Assembly: GCA_044222475.1 (NCBI GenBank)
Contig: JBGANF010000003.1
Coordinates: 32,001 to 96,000, forward strand
DNA from: Polyangiaceae bacterium
Lineage (GTDB): Bacteria; Myxococcota_A; Polyangia; Polyangiales; Polyangiaceae
Direction of reading: 5' to 3'
DNA: 64,000 nucleotides
The translations under genes and the position numbers were made by a program. Below are positions 28,587 to 37,986 of this stretch, in pieces (the first letter of the stretch is position 1; the number at the start of each line of letters is the position of its first letter). The notes beneath the pieces are model-generated. The model was not told the DNA's origin. It did no database searches and saw only the letters and a list, made by a program, of their open reading frames with translations.

Positions 28587-29220
28587 GCATGAACTGGTAC
28601 GGCAGCTCGAACGCCTTCGCCTGCGTGTAGCCGGCGGCGGTCATCTCGGCGCGCACCGCGTCGGCCGTGACGCGATGCTCGACCGGCGGCCCGATCGGCG
28701 CGTCGAGCTTGAAGTCGACGATCGCGACGAGCGCGCCGGGCTTCAGCGACGCGCGCAGGTTCGCGAAGTACTGCGGGCGGTCGTCCATGTGGTGATACGT
28801 GTCGACGACGAGCACGGCGTCGACCGGTTCGGGCGTCTTCGCGCCGCTCCCGGGGACGGTGACCGCGCGCACGTTCGTGAGGCCTTCCTTCTTGGCCCGC
28901 GCGTCCAGGTACGCCGTCATCTTGGGCTCGACGTCCTGGCCGTAGACGCGGCCGCGCTCGAGCGCGCGCGCGAGGCGGACGGTGAAGTAGCCCGTGCCCG
29001 ACCCGATGTCGACGACGACGGCGTCGGGCCCGAGCTCGAGGGCCTTGATCACCTCGTCCGGACGCTGCCACTCGTCGCGTCGAGGATCGTCGAAGTCCTT
29101 CGCGAAGCGCTCGACGTCTTCGAACGAGTGGGGATAGCCGGAGTCTTCGTGGTGAGCGCAGCCGAGGGTGGAGCTCATGCAGAGGGGGAGGAGGAGGAGG
29201 AGTCCGACGTGGGGCTTCAT
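28561..29220 (-). CDS. Class I SAM-dependent methyltransferase with signal/lipoprotein-like N-terminus
   Basis: RDEWQRPDEV, VDIGSGTGYFT, DTYHH; N-terminal LLLLLPLC..TLGC. Confidence 0.85.
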   Translation of the reverse strand: MKPHVGLLLLLPLCMSSTLGCAHHEDSGYPHSFEDVERFAKDFDDPRRDEWQRPDEVIKALELGPDAVVVDIGSGTGYFTVRLARALERGRVYGQDVEPKMTAYLDARAKKEGLTNVRAVTVPGSGAKTPEPVDAVLVVDTYHHMDDRPQYFANLRASLKPGALVAIVDFKLDAPIGPPVEHRVTADAVRAEMTAAGYTQAKAFELPYQFMLTFRVSAK

Positions 29221-29705
29221 CGAGCGTCGAGCGTTCGGCGGAGGAACTCTTCGAGCGGCCGGGCCTCCTTGCGAAAGCCGAGCCGCGGCGCGAGCACGCC
29301 GAACAGCGGAAAGAGACCGAAGAACACTATCGGAATCAGGTGCGGCCAGGTGAACTGATGCAGGACTCCGTCGCGGACGACGGCGGCGATCACCGCGACC
29401 CACAGCAGCGACGCGAGGCCGAGCCAACCCGTGACGATGACCCTCGTGAAGGAGTGCATCTGCATGTGCACGCTCACGTGGGAGCCCGAGCCGTTCGGCG
29501 CGACGCGGCCTTTCGCGCAAGGAACGAAGCCGTTCTTGTACGTGATGTTGGGCGTGAGCTCGAAGCTCGCGAGCAGGACCATGCCCCAGTACGGGCGATC
29601 GGGCTTGGCCAGGAGCGGGCGCGGGCCGACGTGCTCGGCGAGGCGATCATGAACGTCCGTCGGAGGGAGCTCGGTGACGATCTCGAACCTCCGCTCCGGG
29701 AGCAT
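29217..29705 (-). CDS. Hypothetical membrane protein (2 TM)
   Basis: Overlaps both neighbours in the operon; two hydrophobic helices. Confidence 0.65.
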   Translation of the reverse strand: MLPERRFEIVTELPPTDVHDRLAEHVGPRPLLAKPDRPYWGMVLLASFELTPNITYKNGFVPCAKGRVAPNGSGSHVSVHMQMHSFTRVIVTGWLGLASLLWVAVIAAVVRDGVLHQFTWPHLIPIVFFGLFPLFGVLAPRLGFRKEARPLEEFLRRTLDAR

Positions 29706-30421
29706 CACATCGCCCTTCCGAGCGCCTCGTCGACTTCGTTCGGGTCGAACCCGACCATCACCTTGCCGCGCACGTCGATGACCGGGATCGATCCGTTGGG
29801 GAGCCCGAACCGACGGAGCTTTCCCTTCATCTCGTCGTTCGCGGCGCTGTCCTTCTCGACGTCCTTCTCGACGTAGGGGATCCCCTTCTTCCGGAGGTAG
29901 GCCGCCGCCTCGTGGCAGGCGCCGCACCACGACGCGCCGTAGATGATCACCGGCGGGCGGGCGACGCCGCTCGGATCGTGGGGCATCGCTCCGCCGGTGT
30001 TCGTCGCGGTCGCGACCACCGAGGCGGACGCGCTCGGCGCGGCGCTCGCGAGCGTCGGGCCGAGCTTCTCGCGGCGGGCGACGGCGAGCTTGTCGAAGTC
30101 GGCGCGGGTCATCGTCTGCACCGGGTAGGTGCCGTCGGGTCCTTTGTTGCGCAGGTCGGCGACGAAGACCTTGTCGGCGTGAGTGCCGACGTCCTTCTCG
30201 GGATCGACGACGCGCACGGCGTCGCGACCGACGAGCGGCACGTCCGCGGGCTTCTGCTCGACGTGGAAGTTCCCCTTCTCGTCGATCCAGGTGAGGAGGA
30301 GCCCCTGGGTGTCGTCCTTGACGACGATCGTGTCACCGCCGCCTTCGGTCTTCTTCTTCGGGCAGCCGGTGAGGACGAGCCCGAACAAGAGGAAGCCCAC
30401 GATGAACAGGATGGATCTCAC
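29705..30421 (-). CDS. Lipoprotein with C-terminal glutaredoxin domain
   Basis: LTGC lipobox; YGASWCGAC, EKDVE, SIPVIDV, VGFD. Confidence 0.85.
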   Translation of the reverse strand: MRSILFIVGFLLFGLVLTGCPKKKTEGGGDTIVVKDDTQGLLLTWIDEKGNFHVEQKPADVPLVGRDAVRVVDPEKDVGTHADKVFVADLRNKGPDGTYPVQTMTRADFDKLAVARREKLGPTLASAAPSASASVVATATNTGGAMPHDPSGVARPPVIIYGASWCGACHEAAAYLRKKGIPYVEKDVEKDSAANDEMKGKLRRFGLPNGSIPVIDVRGKVMVGFDPNEVDEALGRAM

Positions 30422-32352
30422 GAAGCGCCCTTCCGCACGTCGCGTGCCGTGTCTTCCGACAACTTCGTCCACTCCGCCATCATCGCATCGACCTTCTTCG
30501 CCAAAGACTGCTCCTCCGCCGCCATTTCCGCCAGCTTCGCCCAGTCACCGCCGGGATCGGCCTTTAGACGTTCACGCAGCATCCCGAGCTGGGTCTCGGC
30601 GACCGCGATGGAGCTCTCCAGCTCGCTGATACGTTTGACGCGGCGCTCTCGTTCCCGCGAAGCGACGCGATTTTCCTCGTGTTCTCGCCGTTTGTCCTCC
30701 TTCGGAGGAGGAACGCTCTTCTTCGGCTGCGGGGCGGCTTCCACCGCCTTCTCGCGGGCAGTGTCGGCCACGAAGTCGCGGTAGCCGCCCTGGTAGACCG
30801 AGACCTTGCCGTCCCGGACGCTGACGATGCGGGTCGCGACGTTCTCGAGGAAGCGGCGATCGTGCGAGACGAAGAACACGGTGCCCTCGAACGACGCGAG
30901 CGCCTCTTCGAGGATCTCGGCGGCGGGGATGTCGAGGTGGTTCGTCGGCTCGTCGAGGAAGAGCAGGTTGCGCGGCTCGAGGAGCATCTTCGCGAGCGCG
31001 AGGCGCGAGCGTTCGCCGCCGGAGTACCCGGAGGTCACGCGCAGCGGGTCGTCTCCCCAGAAGCGGAAGCGCGCCAGGTACTCGCGCGCCTTCTCGACGG
31101 TGAAGTCTCCGCGGATGCGACGGATCTCGTCGACGGCGGTCAGCCGCGTGTCGATGTCGCCGAGGTGCTGATCGAAGTAGCCCTCTTGCAGGTTCGTTCC
31201 ACGCTTCACCGCGCCGGTGTCTTCGGCCGAGCCGCGACCGGCGAGCAGCTTGAGGAGGGTCGTCTTGCCCGAGCCGTTGGGGCCGACGACGCCGATGCGT
31301 TCGCCGCGGCGCACGAGGAGCTCCACGCCGGAGAACAGCACGCGCCCGCCGCGCTCGGCGCGGAGATCCTTCGCGTCGATCACGATGTCGCCGCTGCGCG
31401 CCGCGGGGGCGAAGCGAAACGCGACCCGCTCGGCGACGGCCCACACGTCCTCGGGGCGCTCGATGCGGTCGAGCTTCTCGAGCATCTTGCGACGGCTCTG
31501 CGCCTGCTTGGTCTTCTGGCCGGCGATGTTCTTCCGGATGAAGTCCTCGGTCTTCTCGATCATCGAGTCTTGGCGCTCTTTGAGCGCGCGCTCGCGGGCG
31601 AGGTCTTCTTCGCGCGCGACGGCGTAGTCGGAGTAGCGGAGCGGGTACGTGCGCAAGCCGCGCGAGCCGAGCTCGAACGTGGCCGGGCACGTCGCATCGA
31701 GGAACGCGCGGTCGTGGCTGACGACGAGCACCGCGCCGCGGTAGCTCTTGAGCCAACCTTCGAGCCACGCGATGGTGTCGAGATCCAAGTGGTTCGTGGG
31801 CTCGTCGAGCAGCAGCAGCTGCGGCTCCTTGGCGAGGCTGACGCCGAGGGTGAGCCGCCCGCGCTCGCCGCCACTGAGCGACGCGACGGGGCGCACGAGA
31901 TCGGCGTCGGAGAAGCCTAGCTTGTGCGCCAAGATCGCGACCTGACGTTCGAGCTCGTCGCCCTTGAGCAGGTGGTAGCGATCGGTGACCGTCACGAGGC
32001 GATCGAGATCCTCCTGGCTGCCGCTCGCCGCGGCTTCCTGCGCGTGCACGAGCTGCTCGCGGAGCTCGAGGACCTCGCCGTAGCCGGAGAGGAACGCAGA
32101 GAGGACGTCGCCCTTGGCCTCGATCTCGTGCGACTGGCGGTAGTAGCCGAAGGTGGTGCCCTTCTTGATGACGACGCTCCCCTGGTCGGGTTCGATCTCC
32201 TTGGCGATGAGGCGCAGGAGCGTCGATTTCCCGGCGCCGTTGGGGGCGACGAGGGCGGCGCGCTCGCCGAGGGCGAGGCTGAACGTCACGCCTTCGAAGA
32301 GGGTGTCGCCGGCGTAGCCGAAGCGGACGTCGGACACCTGAAGCACGGTCAT
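30418..32352 (-). CDS. ABC-F family ATPase
   Basis: Two ABC cassettes (NGAGKST/LSGGE/LDEPTNHLD; NGSGKTT/YSGGE/LDEPTNHLD), no TM, C-terminal coiled coil. Confidence 0.95.
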   Translation of the reverse strand: MTVLQVSDVRFGYAGDTLFEGVTFSLALGERAALVAPNGAGKSTLLRLIAKEIEPDQGSVVIKKGTTFGYYRQSHEIEAKGDVLSAFLSGYGEVLELREQLVHAQEAAASGSQEDLDRLVTVTDRYHLLKGDELERQVAILAHKLGFSDADLVRPVASLSGGERGRLTLGVSLAKEPQLLLLDEPTNHLDLDTIAWLEGWLKSYRGAVLVVSHDRAFLDATCPATFELGSRGLRTYPLRYSDYAVAREEDLARERALKERQDSMIEKTEDFIRKNIAGQKTKQAQSRRKMLEKLDRIERPEDVWAVAERVAFRFAPAARSGDIVIDAKDLRAERGGRVLFSGVELLVRRGERIGVVGPNGSGKTTLLKLLAGRGSAEDTGAVKRGTNLQEGYFDQHLGDIDTRLTAVDEIRRIRGDFTVEKAREYLARFRFWGDDPLRVTSGYSGGERSRLALAKMLLEPRNLLFLDEPTNHLDIPAAEILEEALASFEGTVFFVSHDRRFLENVATRIVSVRDGKVSVYQGGYRDFVADTAREKAVEAAPQPKKSVPPPKEDKRREHEENRVASRERERRVKRISELESSIAVAETQLGMLRERLKADPGGDWAKLAEMAAEEQSLAKKVDAMMAEWTKLSEDTARDVRKGAS

Positions 32353-32430
32353 GGCGGAGAGACGATGTAGCAGGCAATGAAAACGGGCGCACTCGCAGGT
32401 TGCGTGCACTCGTGCCGGCTTGGCAGGTCA

Positions 32431-32514
32431 TCGCTCGGGAGTGGGAGCGGGAGGGGGAATGGAAGCCCACTCCGCCCCGCTCCCGCTCCCGTTCCCACTC
32501 CCACTCCCGAGCGA
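32431..32514. repeat. Long inverted repeat built from GGGAGY hexamers
   Basis: tcgctcgggagtgggag ... ctcccactcccgagcga (17-bp perfect arms). Confidence 0.85.
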
Positions 32515-32595
32515 CGACTTTCGCGATCCGGCACTAGGGCAAGCAACCCGCGAGGCGCCTTTACTCGCTGCGCCCGCGCCGTTAGCTTCACTCCC

Positions 32596-33423
32596 ATGTC
32601 GCTCCGCCGCACCGCCGTTCTCGCGTTCCTGTTGGTTGTATCCTGCAAGAAATCGGTCGGGGACCTCCGCACCGTCGACGTCGTGTCCGACGCGCAAGGC
32701 ACGCCGTCGGCGCCGGCCAAGGTCACGCTCTCGCTCACCGCGGGCGAGCTCCACCTGGTGCCCGGCGGCGCCCACACGCTCGGCGGAAGCGTGCGGTCCA
32801 ACGTGAAGGATCTGGACCCCAAGGTCGAGGACACGCCCGGCAAGGTGACGGTCGGTCAAGGCAAGGGCGACGTGGACGTGCCGGCGATCTCCGGAGACGT
32901 CGTCGCCGACTGGCGGTTGACCGCCGGGCCGACGCCGATGGAGCTGTCGATCGACGCGAAGGCGGCAAAGACCGACCTCGACCTCTCCGGGCTCGCGATG
33001 AAGTCGGTCACCGTGCGCAGCGTCGCCGGCACCGTCGACCTCTCGGCCACGAAAGCGAACCCGATGGTCGCCGATCTACTCGACATCGAGACCGTCGCCG
33101 GGGCGATCACGCTGCACGACGTGGGCAACGTCAACGCGACGAAGACCCGCGTGAAGACGACCACCGGCGCGATCACGATCGACCTGGGCAAGACCGTCGA
33201 CCGCGAGTCGACGATCGACGTCGAGAACGGCACCGGGTCGATCACGATCGTCGTCCCTGCGATCGGCGCGCTCGCCGTGCTCGACGGCACCTGCGCGGTG
33301 AAGGCGACCGGCTGGGACAAGGTCGGCGATCAGAAGTACACGGTGAAGGGGAACCTCGCGGCGAAGGTCACGTTCAACGTGAAGTGCACGACCGGAGCGC
33401 TCACCCTGACCGCGCCGGAGTGA
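32596..33423 (+). CDS. Lipoprotein with beta-solenoid (toast-rack / putative adhesin-like) repeats
   Basis: VVSC lipobox; repeated xxGxVxL/I units (VAGTVDL, VAGAITL, TTGAITI, GTGSITI). Confidence 0.7.
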   Translation: MSLRRTAVLAFLLVVSCKKSVGDLRTVDVVSDAQGTPSAPAKVTLSLTAGELHLVPGGAHTLGGSVRSNVKDLDPKVEDTPGKVTVGQGKGDVDVPAISGDVVADWRLTAGPTPMELSIDAKAAKTDLDLSGLAMKSVTVRSVAGTVDLSATKANPMVADLLDIETVAGAITLHDVGNVNATKTRVKTTTGAITIDLGKTVDRESTIDVENGTGSITIVVPAIGALAVLDGTCAVKATGWDKVGDQKYTVKGNLAAKVTFNVKCTTGALTLTAPE

Positions 33424-33484
33424 CGCTCGCGGCGCTGGTCGCCGACAAACTCGCCTGAAGCGCCCCGCGATCGTACGATGGGGG

Positions 33485-34456
33485 GTGTTTCGAGACGACG
33501 AGCACACGAAGGTCGCGATGGCGTCCGAGCACGATCCGTTCCCTCCCGGGACGATCGTGCAGTCGCGCTACCTCATCGAAGGCGTGCTCGGCCGCGGCGG
33601 GATGAGCGTCGTCTACATCGCGCGGCACGACGCGTTGAACCGCACCGTCGCGCTCAAGGTCCCCACGAGCCCCAGCTCGTCGCGCGAGCGCGCGCGCTTC
33701 CTGCGCGAGGCGCGCGCGGCCGCGGCGATTCAGCACCCCAACGTCTGCCGCATCTTCGACTACGGCGAGCAGGACGGGCTGCCGTTCCTCGTCATGGAGT
33801 ACCTCGACGGCCGCACCCTTCTCGACTGGATGATCGAGGAGGACACGTTCCGTCCCGAAGACGCGGTCGGCGTCGCCCGTCAGATCCTCGCCGCGCTCGG
33901 CGCCGCGCACGCGACGGGCTTCCTCCACCGCGACGTGAAGCCGGCCAACGTGATCCTCAAGGGCGAGCCGCCCAAGGTGAAGCTCGTCGACTTCGGGCTC
34001 GCGAAGCCGCTGTCTCCGCGCCCGAGCGATCCCACGCTCACCGCGACCGGCGTCACCGTCGGCACGCGACCGTACATGTCACCCGAGCAGCTCAAGGGTC
34101 GCCGCGACCTCGACGTGCGGTGCGACGTCTACGCGGTGGGCGCGGTGCTCTTCCACATGCTCTCGGGCAAGCTCCCCTTCCCTGGCGACGGGCTCGAGCT
34201 CGCGCTGGAGATCGCGACCGGGAGTCACCTCGATCTCGGCGATCTCGTCCCCGAGCTGCCGCCCGCGCTCGTCCACGCGGTGCACAAGGCGATCCGCGTC
34301 CAGCGCGACGATCGGTTCCCGAACACCGTCGCCTTCGCCGAGGCGCTGCGCGCCGCGGTGTTCGGCGATCCGACGCCGCCGCAGGACTCGAACGCGCGGC
34401 TCAAGGCGATCCTCTCGCATCAAGACGAGAACTCGAGACGCCGCCGGCGAACGTGA
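33485..34456 (+). CDS. Cytoplasmic Ser/Thr protein kinase
   Basis: GRGGMSVV, VALK, HRDVKPAN, DFG, YMSPE; no TM. Start may be 33518. Confidence 0.93.
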   Translation: MFRDDEHTKVAMASEHDPFPPGTIVQSRYLIEGVLGRGGMSVVYIARHDALNRTVALKVPTSPSSSRERARFLREARAAAAIQHPNVCRIFDYGEQDGLPFLVMEYLDGRTLLDWMIEEDTFRPEDAVGVARQILAALGAAHATGFLHRDVKPANVILKGEPPKVKLVDFGLAKPLSPRPSDPTLTATGVTVGTRPYMSPEQLKGRRDLDVRCDVYAVGAVLFHMLSGKLPFPGDGLELALEIATGSHLDLGDLVPELPPALVHAVHKAIRVQRDDRFPNTVAFAEALRAAVFGDPTPPQDSNARLKAILSHQDENSRRRRRT

Positions 34457-34545
34457 GGGCGCCCCGGACTGAGGTCCGAGGACTCATCGCATGTCTTGAT
34501 TCTCCGGCGATTCATGGCGCCCCGGACTTCAGTCCGGGGCGCTCA
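34454..34545. repeat. Pair of inverted REP-like palindromes (REPIN/BIME-like)
   Basis: gcgccccggactgaggtccgagg (34459) and gcgccccggacttcagtccggggcgc (34517-34542) in opposite orientation. Confidence 0.8.
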
Positions 34546-34563
34546 AAACGAGAAGCGACGCCA

Positions 34564-35862
34564 TCACCGCACCGCCGCCGCCAACAGCGCCACCGTCTCC
34601 TCGAACGCGACCCGATCCTTCGGATCCTGCCTCAACAGCTGCTCGATCCTCGGCATCTTCGCGATCGCTTCGTCGAGCTCCTTGTCCGAGCCCTTCGCGT
34701 ACGCCCCGAGCATCACGAGATCGCGCTTCGCCTCGTAGGTACCGACCAGCGCGCGCAGCTTCCGCGCCGAGGCCTCGTGCGCCTCGCTCACGATGCCGCT
34801 CATCACGCGCGAGAGCGACGCCGTGACGTCGACCGCGGGGTACCGCCCTCGCGCCGCGATCGCGCGATCGAGGACGACGTGGCCGTCGAGCACGCCGCGC
34901 ACCTCGTCGGCGATGGGCTCGTCCATGTCGCCGCCTTCGACGAGAACCGTGTAGATTGCAGTGATCGATCCGCGCTCGCCCTGACCCGACCGCTCGAGCA
35001 GGCGGGGCAGCATCGCGAAGACGCTCGGCGGATAGCCGCGGCGCGCCGGCGGCTCGCCGGCCGCGAGCCCGACCTCGCGCTGAGCGCGCGCGAACCGCGT
35101 GACGGAGTCGACGAGGAGCATCACGCGCTTGCCCTTGTCGCGGAAGAACTCGGCGTAGGCGGTCGCCACTTGCGCCGCTCGCAGACGCTCGAGCGCGGCG
35201 ACGTCGCTCGTGGCCACGACGACCACGCTGCGGGCGCGGCCTTCGGGCCCGAGCGAGTGATCGAGGAACTCGCTGACCTCGCGCCCGCGCTCGCCGACGA
35301 GCGCGACGACGACCACGTCTGCGTCGACGCCGCGCGCGATCGCACCGAGCAGCGTGCTCTTTCCCACGCCGGATCCGGCGAAGAGACCGACGCGCTGGCC
35401 TTCGCCCAACGTGAGCAAGCCGTCGAGCACGCGCACGCCGGTCGCGATGGGCCGATCGACCGGGCGACGCGCGAGCGCCGGCGGCGGATCGCGATCGACC
35501 GCCACCGAGAGCCCCGAGTCAATCGCGCCGCGACCGTCGATCGGGCGGCCGAGACCATCGACGACGCGCCCGAGGAGCGCGTCGCTCGCGCGCACGACGA
35601 ACGGGCCGCCGGTCGCCTCGACGGGATCGTCGGGGCCGACCCCCGCGAGCGCGCCGAGCGGCATCGCGACCGCCTCGCCCTCGATGAAGCCGACGATCTC
35701 GCACGGGAGCGGCTCACCGCGACGGCGCACGATCACGACGTCGCCGACGCGCACGCCGGGGAGGATGCAGCGCAGCGCGAGCCCGGTGACCGCGCGCACG
35801 CGACCCGTCGCCCGAAGCGCAGGCGTCGCCGCGAGCCGGGCGCGGAGCGCCTCTTCGTCCAT
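34564..35862 (-). CDS. FliI/YscN (SctN) family type III export ATPase
   Basis: AGSGVGKSTLL, VGERGREV, DSVTRFARAQRE, RGYPPSVF, DGHVVLDR. Confidence 0.95.
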   Translation of the reverse strand: MDEEALRARLAATPALRATGRVRAVTGLALRCILPGVRVGDVVIVRRRGEPLPCEIVGFIEGEAVAMPLGALAGVGPDDPVEATGGPFVVRASDALLGRVVDGLGRPIDGRGAIDSGLSVAVDRDPPPALARRPVDRPIATGVRVLDGLLTLGEGQRVGLFAGSGVGKSTLLGAIARGVDADVVVVALVGERGREVSEFLDHSLGPEGRARSVVVVATSDVAALERLRAAQVATAYAEFFRDKGKRVMLLVDSVTRFARAQREVGLAAGEPPARRGYPPSVFAMLPRLLERSGQGERGSITAIYTVLVEGGDMDEPIADEVRGVLDGHVVLDRAIAARGRYPAVDVTASLSRVMSGIVSEAHEASARKLRALVGTYEAKRDLVMLGAYAKGSDKELDEAIAKMPRIEQLLRQDPKDRVAFEETVALLAAAVR

Positions 35863-35872
35863 CAGACGCTCA

Positions 35873-37003
35873 TCACTCGGCCACGGCGCGGTCGGTGCCG
35901 GGCTTCTGATTTGCGAGCTCGCCCTCTAGCTCGCCCTCTAGCTCGCGGAGCAGCTCCTTCGCGCGCGGCGAGAGCTCGGTGGGCACCATCACCTGCACGA
36001 CGACGAGGAGCGAACCGCGACCGCGACCGTCGAGGCGAGGAACGCCGCGTCCCTTCAACGTGAAGACGTGGTTCGGTTGGGTGCCGGCGGGGACTTGAAC
36101 GGTGACCGTGACGGGCGCGCCGTCTTTCTCCGGGTCGAGTGTGGTGACGGTCACCTCTTTGCCGAGCGAAACGTCGACGAGGGAGACCTGCACGCGGGTG
36201 ACGAGATCCACTCCGTCGCGCTCGAACTTGGGATCCTCCTCGACGTCGACCTCGACGTAGAGATCGCCCGCGCCGTTGGGACCCGGCAGCCCCTGACCCG
36301 GTACGCGCAGCCGTTGACCGCCGTCGATGCCGGCGGGGAACGTGACCGTCACCGTCTTCGGCTTGGCGACGACGCCTTCACCGCCACACGGCTTGCAGCG
36401 CGTCTTGATGATCGTGCCGCGACCCCCGCAGCGCGCGCACGGCGCGGTGAACATGACGAAGCCACGCGCGTTCGAGACCTGTCCGGTGCCGCGGCACCCG
36501 CTGCACGTCTCGGGCTTGGTGTCTTTGGCGGCGCCGGAGCCTTCGCAGTCGTCGCAGCGGGCCGGCACTTGGACCGTCACCTCGCGCTTGCAGCCGAAGC
36601 ACGCCTCGCGAAGGGTGAGCCGCTGCTGCAGCTGAAGATCGCCGCCGCGCCGCTGCCCGCGCTGACCGAACCCGAAGCCGCCCGAGAACATCTCGGTGAA
36701 GATGTCCTGCATGTGGGCGAACATGTCGCCGACGCCGCCGAAGCCCTGACCGCCCATGCTCCCGTCGAAGCCGGCGTGGCCGAAGCGGTCGTAAATCTCG
36801 CGCTTCTGCTCGTCCGAGAGGACCTGATAGGCCTCGTTCACGGCCTTGAATTTGTTCTCCGCCGCGGCGTCCCCGGGGTTCCGATCGGGGTGGTGCTTCA
36901 GCGCTTCGCGCTTGTAGGCCTTCCGCACCTCGTCCACGGTCGCCTCGCGAGCAACACCCAACACCTCGTAGTAACAAGTCTTTTCGGCGCGTTCTTCGGA
37001 CAT
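35873..37003 (-). CDS. dnaJ: Chaperone DnaJ
   Basis: HPD J-domain, G/F-rich region, four CxxCxGxG motifs, C-terminal domain. Confidence 0.95.
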   Translation of the reverse strand: MSEERAEKTCYYEVLGVAREATVDEVRKAYKREALKHHPDRNPGDAAAENKFKAVNEAYQVLSDEQKREIYDRFGHAGFDGSMGGQGFGGVGDMFAHMQDIFTEMFSGGFGFGQRGQRRGGDLQLQQRLTLREACFGCKREVTVQVPARCDDCEGSGAAKDTKPETCSGCRGTGQVSNARGFVMFTAPCARCGGRGTIIKTRCKPCGGEGVVAKPKTVTVTFPAGIDGGQRLRVPGQGLPGPNGAGDLYVEVDVEEDPKFERDGVDLVTRVQVSLVDVSLGKEVTVTTLDPEKDGAPVTVTVQVPAGTQPNHVFTLKGRGVPRLDGRGRGSLLVVVQVMVPTELSPRAKELLRELEGELEGELANQKPGTDRAVAE

Positions 37004-37055
37004 GGCGAGGGTGCTTGGAGTCCAGCTCGGTGGGGCCTTCCGCGCCCGCATCGGC

Positions 37056-37083
37056 AACGTAAGTTACCGAATGGACATGTCAA
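37056..37083 (-). promoter_or_regulatory. Putative sigma70-type promoter for dnaJ
   Basis: Minus strand TTGACA - 16 nt - TACGTT, about 50 bp upstream of the ATG. Confidence 0.55.
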
Positions 37084-37092
37084 CGCCGACGA

Positions 37093-37986
37093 TCAGGGGC
37101 CCAACTTGAAGCCCCACCGCTGCGCGAGGTGGATCTCGAGCCGCTTGCGGTTCAGGGGCGTGAGCGCGGCCGCGTAGAAGAGGACCTCTCCGACGATCGC
37201 GTCGGTGAAGTACTGCGAGCCCACGGTGAACGGCGACCCGCCGAGGTAGAGCGTCTGATCCGGGAGGTCGACCCGCTGGCTCGTCACCACGTCGCCCGCG
37301 ACGCCGTTGTAGAAGTACCTCGCTCCCTGGAGCTTCGCCGCTTCGTAGACGATCTCCCACACCGACCAGCGCCCGTCGTCGCTCGGCGCCTGGCCGAAGT
37401 TCTCGCCGTACATGTAGAGGCCCATGCTCTTCTTCGGATCCCCCCACGGGAAGATCGCGAACGGCGTGGAGAACCCCTGGCTCCACGACACCGCGCCGAT
37501 CGGGTTGCCCTTCGCGACGACGAAGAGCGACAGGTCCTTCCCCTTGGGTCCGGTGATGCCGGTGCTGAAGTACTGGAGCTTGGTCGAGTCGAAGCGCACG
37601 GCGCCGAGACCGTTCTGGGCTTGAGGGACGAACGACGGTGGATCGAGCGGGCCGGTGTAGACCGACGTACCGGTGCCGACGATCGTACCAACATGGGACG
37701 CCCACTTCGTGATGCCGGTTCCGCCGTCTTTCGTCGTGATGCCGTAGTCGCCGGAGAACCAGAAGCCGATGGGACCGAGGGTCATCGGGTCGACGGCGGC
37801 GTCGCCCAGATCCGCGTCGTCCGCGTCGGCCTCTCCGTCGCCGAAGGTGTTCGCCACGTCGGCGAAGGGATCGGCATCCACGCCGGCGTCCGTGGCGATC
37901 CTGGCGTCGTCGTACGACGCGCCGAGGAGCTGCGCGCAACCGGCGAGGAGCACGCTCGCGAGCGCCACGCCGGTCCACCGGCGCAT
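37093..37986 (-). CDS. Lipoprotein, possibly with a LamG/ConA-like beta-sandwich
   Basis: LAGC lipobox, acidic linker, W..D..I..W, NGLGAVRFD, IVGEVLFYAAAL..LAQRWG. Confidence 0.7.
   Translation of the reverse strand: MRRWTGVALASVLLAGCAQLLGASYDDARIATDAGVDADPFADVANTFGDGEADADDADLGDAAVDPMTLGPIGFWFSGDYGITTKDGGTGITKWASHVGTIVGTGTSVYTGPLDPPSFVPQAQNGLGAVRFDSTKLQYFSTGITGPKGKDLSLFVVAKGNPIGAVSWSQGFSTPFAIFPWGDPKKSMGLYMYGENFGQAPSDDGRWSVWEIVYEAAKLQGARYFYNGVAGDVVTSQRVDLPDQTLYLGGSPFTVGSQYFTDAIVGEVLFYAAALTPLNRKRLEIHLAQRWGFKLGP

Noticed and set aside
34454..34545. Possible mini-CRISPR (two repeats and a spacer)
   Set aside because: The copies are inverted relative to each other, there are only two, a third is dispersed 29 kb away, and no cas genes are present. 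REP-like fits better.
35916..35946. 12-bp tandem duplication in the dnaJ 3' end (LEGELEGEL)
   Set aside because: In-frame slippage in a poorly conserved tail; no functional implication evident.
37004..37092. CIRCE or sigma32 promoter upstream of dnaJ
   Set aside because: No TTAGCACTC-N9-GAGTGCTAA and no convincing CTTGAA/CCCCAT; only a sigma70-like pair is seen.
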